From IMG/VR virus record IMGVR_UViG_3300038701_001123, positions 165-64,164 of that record: a stretch of 64,000 bases of DNA; one strand, 5' to 3'. Positions within the stretch are counted from its first letter, which is position 1. Every line of letters begins with the position of its first letter. A program made the translations under genes and the position numbers. Positions 62,360 through 64,000 of the stretch are shown here, piece after piece. Below the pieces are notes generated by a model. That model did not search any database, was not told where the DNA came from, and was given only the letters and a program-made list of their open reading frames with translations. The DNA comes from a virus.

Positions 62360-62924
62360 CTTCCATCTGGACTGTGGCTTCGCCCGCCCGAGTGACACGG
62401 TTGTTCTCGTAGTCCACATTCACTGGTCCAGGATAGACCGTTACCTTACTCTCGACGTAGTGAGGTTCGATACGGCCTCCGTCACCAACGCAGAAAACCC
62501 AAGTGGCGGCGGTGTTCTTCGATGCGAAGATCCCATTCGGCTCTGCCTGTTCAACAACTCCATAACTGGCATGTCGCGCCCCAGCTTCTGATCCGGCTCC
62601 GAAGATCCTGCGGTCTTGGACCAGAGGATTCGTGAGTGAAGTGTCAAATGGCATACCAAATCCCATGGATCGGCAGTCCCCTTCAATCAGTCCATAGTCG
62701 CTACGCCACACAGAATAGGTTGTCACTTCCTGGTTCCGGATATTGTAGAGTTGGATCAGGAGATCCCGCTCCAGCGACCAATCATAGGCCGGAACTGGCT
62801 GAGCGATCGCCATCTGTGCTTGCTGACGGTTCACTGCTTGGGCTTCTTTGTCGCTTGCAGTTTCTTCCGGAAGACAAGCGGCCAGCAGCCCGATCATTGG
62901 AATGAAAAGCAGAAGTTTCTTCAT
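62352..62924 (-). CDS. Lipoprotein
   Basis: MKKLLLFIPMIGLLAAC lipobox. Confidence 0.75.
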   Translation of the reverse strand: MKKLLLFIPMIGLLAACLPEETASDKEAQAVNRQQAQMAIAQPVPAYDWSLERDLLIQLYNIRNQEVTTYSVWRSDYGLIEGDCRSMGFGMPFDTSLTNPLVQDRRIFGAGSEAGARHASYGVVEQAEPNGIFASKNTAATWVFCVGDGGRIEPHYVESKVTVYPGPVNVDYENNRVTRAGEATVQMEDK

Positions 62925-62925
62925 T

Positions 62926-63231
62926 TTAATTCTCCAGTGCGTTGATCTGGATGCGAATCGCAGCCAGTTGCGCTTCATAATCAGCGCGGGTTGAAGCGGA
63001 GAGATCATCACGGCGAAGCTGCGATTCAATCTCAGCCATAGAAGCTCGGAACGTGTTGAGTTTTGCTTCATCACCAGCAGATCGCTGATAGCTTTCTTCG
63101 AACACTTTCCGTTCAATCATCGTTTGCCCAACGAGGCCGACATAGCGGAGACCTGTAAAGACAATCGCGGATATCACAAGCAGGAGAAGGATCCACATCC
63201 ACCATCCTGCAAATTCACGTTTTTCACCCAT
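62926..63231 (-). CDS. Membrane-anchored coiled-coil protein
   Basis: N-terminal TM. Confidence 0.7.
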   Translation of the reverse strand: MGEKREFAGWWMWILLLLVISAIVFTGLRYVGLVGQTMIERKVFEESYQRSAGDEAKLNTFRASMAEIESQLRRDDLSASTRADYEAQLAAIRIQINALEN

Positions 63232-63562
63232 CGGGTTTTCCTTTCATTATTCGGATGAGTTCATCCATTTGCTGATCTTTAACTTCGACCAATTCTTGAT
63301 GGAAATCCATCAATTGATCCAGATGCTCGTGAGCAGCGATACGAGCCTCTTCCATAGCCGCTTTATCTTTAGCATCGGCGGCAATTTGAAACTGCTTCAT
63401 GGCCAACTCACCATGATTCTTAATGCTTTCGACTCGGCGGGTCATTTCAAGCAATCGTTCAGTGGATTTATTCATGACTTCATTCCTCCCATCAGAGCCT
63501 CGGCTTTCGCCATGACATCGGGCTTCTCGGCGGCGATCTTGTCGCGCATCTGGCGCATCCAC
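63224..63562 (-). CDS. Hypothetical protein (start likely MNKSTERL)
   Basis: ORF track. Confidence 0.55.
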   Translation of the reverse strand: MDAPDARQDRRREARCHGESRGSDGRNEVMNKSTERLLEMTRRVESIKNHGELAMKQFQIAADAKDKAAMEEARIAAHEHLDQLMDFHQELVEVKDQQMDELIRIMKGKPDG

Positions 63563-63786
63563 GTCCTGTTCTGCAAAGACCGAGCAATGATGCGGGTTTC
63601 AGCTTCGGCAGCGGCGACCACTTCTCCGATAGCTTCTTCAAGATCAGCATCCGGATCTGCGTTAGCGGCGGCGACCAGCTTTTTCCGTGCGATCTCTGCC
63701 CTCGCTTGGGCTTCTTCAACACGTCCGTTTGTTTTCATACATTCGATCAAACGATCCACTGCTTCTTGGTCAAAAATTCCAGACAT
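63472..63786 (-). CDS. Hypothetical helical protein
   Basis: AGGAAG RBS. Confidence 0.6.
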   Translation of the reverse strand: MSGIFDQEAVDRLIECMKTNGRVEEAQARAEIARKKLVAAANADPDADLEEAIGEVVAAAEAETRIIARSLQNRTWMRQMRDKIAAEKPDVMAKAEALMGGMKS

Positions 63787-64000
63787 TTTACTTCCTTCTC
63801 GCTTGCCCTGTGGGGCGGGTTATAAGTTGGGGGCAGGACAGCCCGGAGGACCGCCCTGCGCCCCGTCAGACGGGTCAAAGACGCTGCCGTAGGCTACCAC
63901 ACCAGCCAGCATCCAACCACGTCCCAGACCGCTATACAGCGGTCCGTAGTAGCCGCGCCCTATAGTCCCGTGAGCATAAGCGCGGCTTTTCCATGGGCGC

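Noticed and set aside
63880-63950. Degenerate bipartite element near window end
   Set aside because: GGACGTGGTTGGATGC and CTACGGACCGCTG resemble the first box, but the N21 geometry with ACCACCAGC is not met; not counted as a copy.

Overview
The window is most of a ~55% GC tailed-phage (siphovirus-type) genome, almost entirely encoded on the minus strand. It is probably a YuA/phiJL001-like phage of an alphaproteobacterial (Rhodobacteraceae-type) host; this is an inference from a VPLPA-CTERM tail, an Omp25-like beta-barrel and a GTA-like prohead protease. Modules: early/accessory genes (1-11.3 kb, 53.7-64 kb); replication (ligase, primase-helicase, PolA, class II RNR, RecD-like and SNF2 helicases, SSB); a thymidine-replacement/hypermodification cluster (dCTP deaminase, DUF3310 kinase-like, HD nucleotidase, dUMP-type thymidylate synthase homolog, GT-B glycosyltransferase, hmdU-DNA-kinase-like protein); lysis; tail; head; terminases. 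Two signals stand out. (1) At 6.9-8.3 kb an uncharacterised 247-aa protein is followed by a structured RNA containing a circularly permuted tRNA-like domain with an internal CCA, plus two further aberrant tRNA-like genes. (2) Dispersed islands of 60-200 nt are completely free of GA/TC dinucleotides, in a genome where GA+TC make up about 1 in 6 steps in spot counts. Four of these sites carry an exact bipartite motif CGCTGGA-N21-ACCACCAGC, which may mark modification-free windows in hypermodified DNA. No CRISPR array, rRNA, integrase or transposase was seen. Family names come from motif recognition by eye, not database searches.
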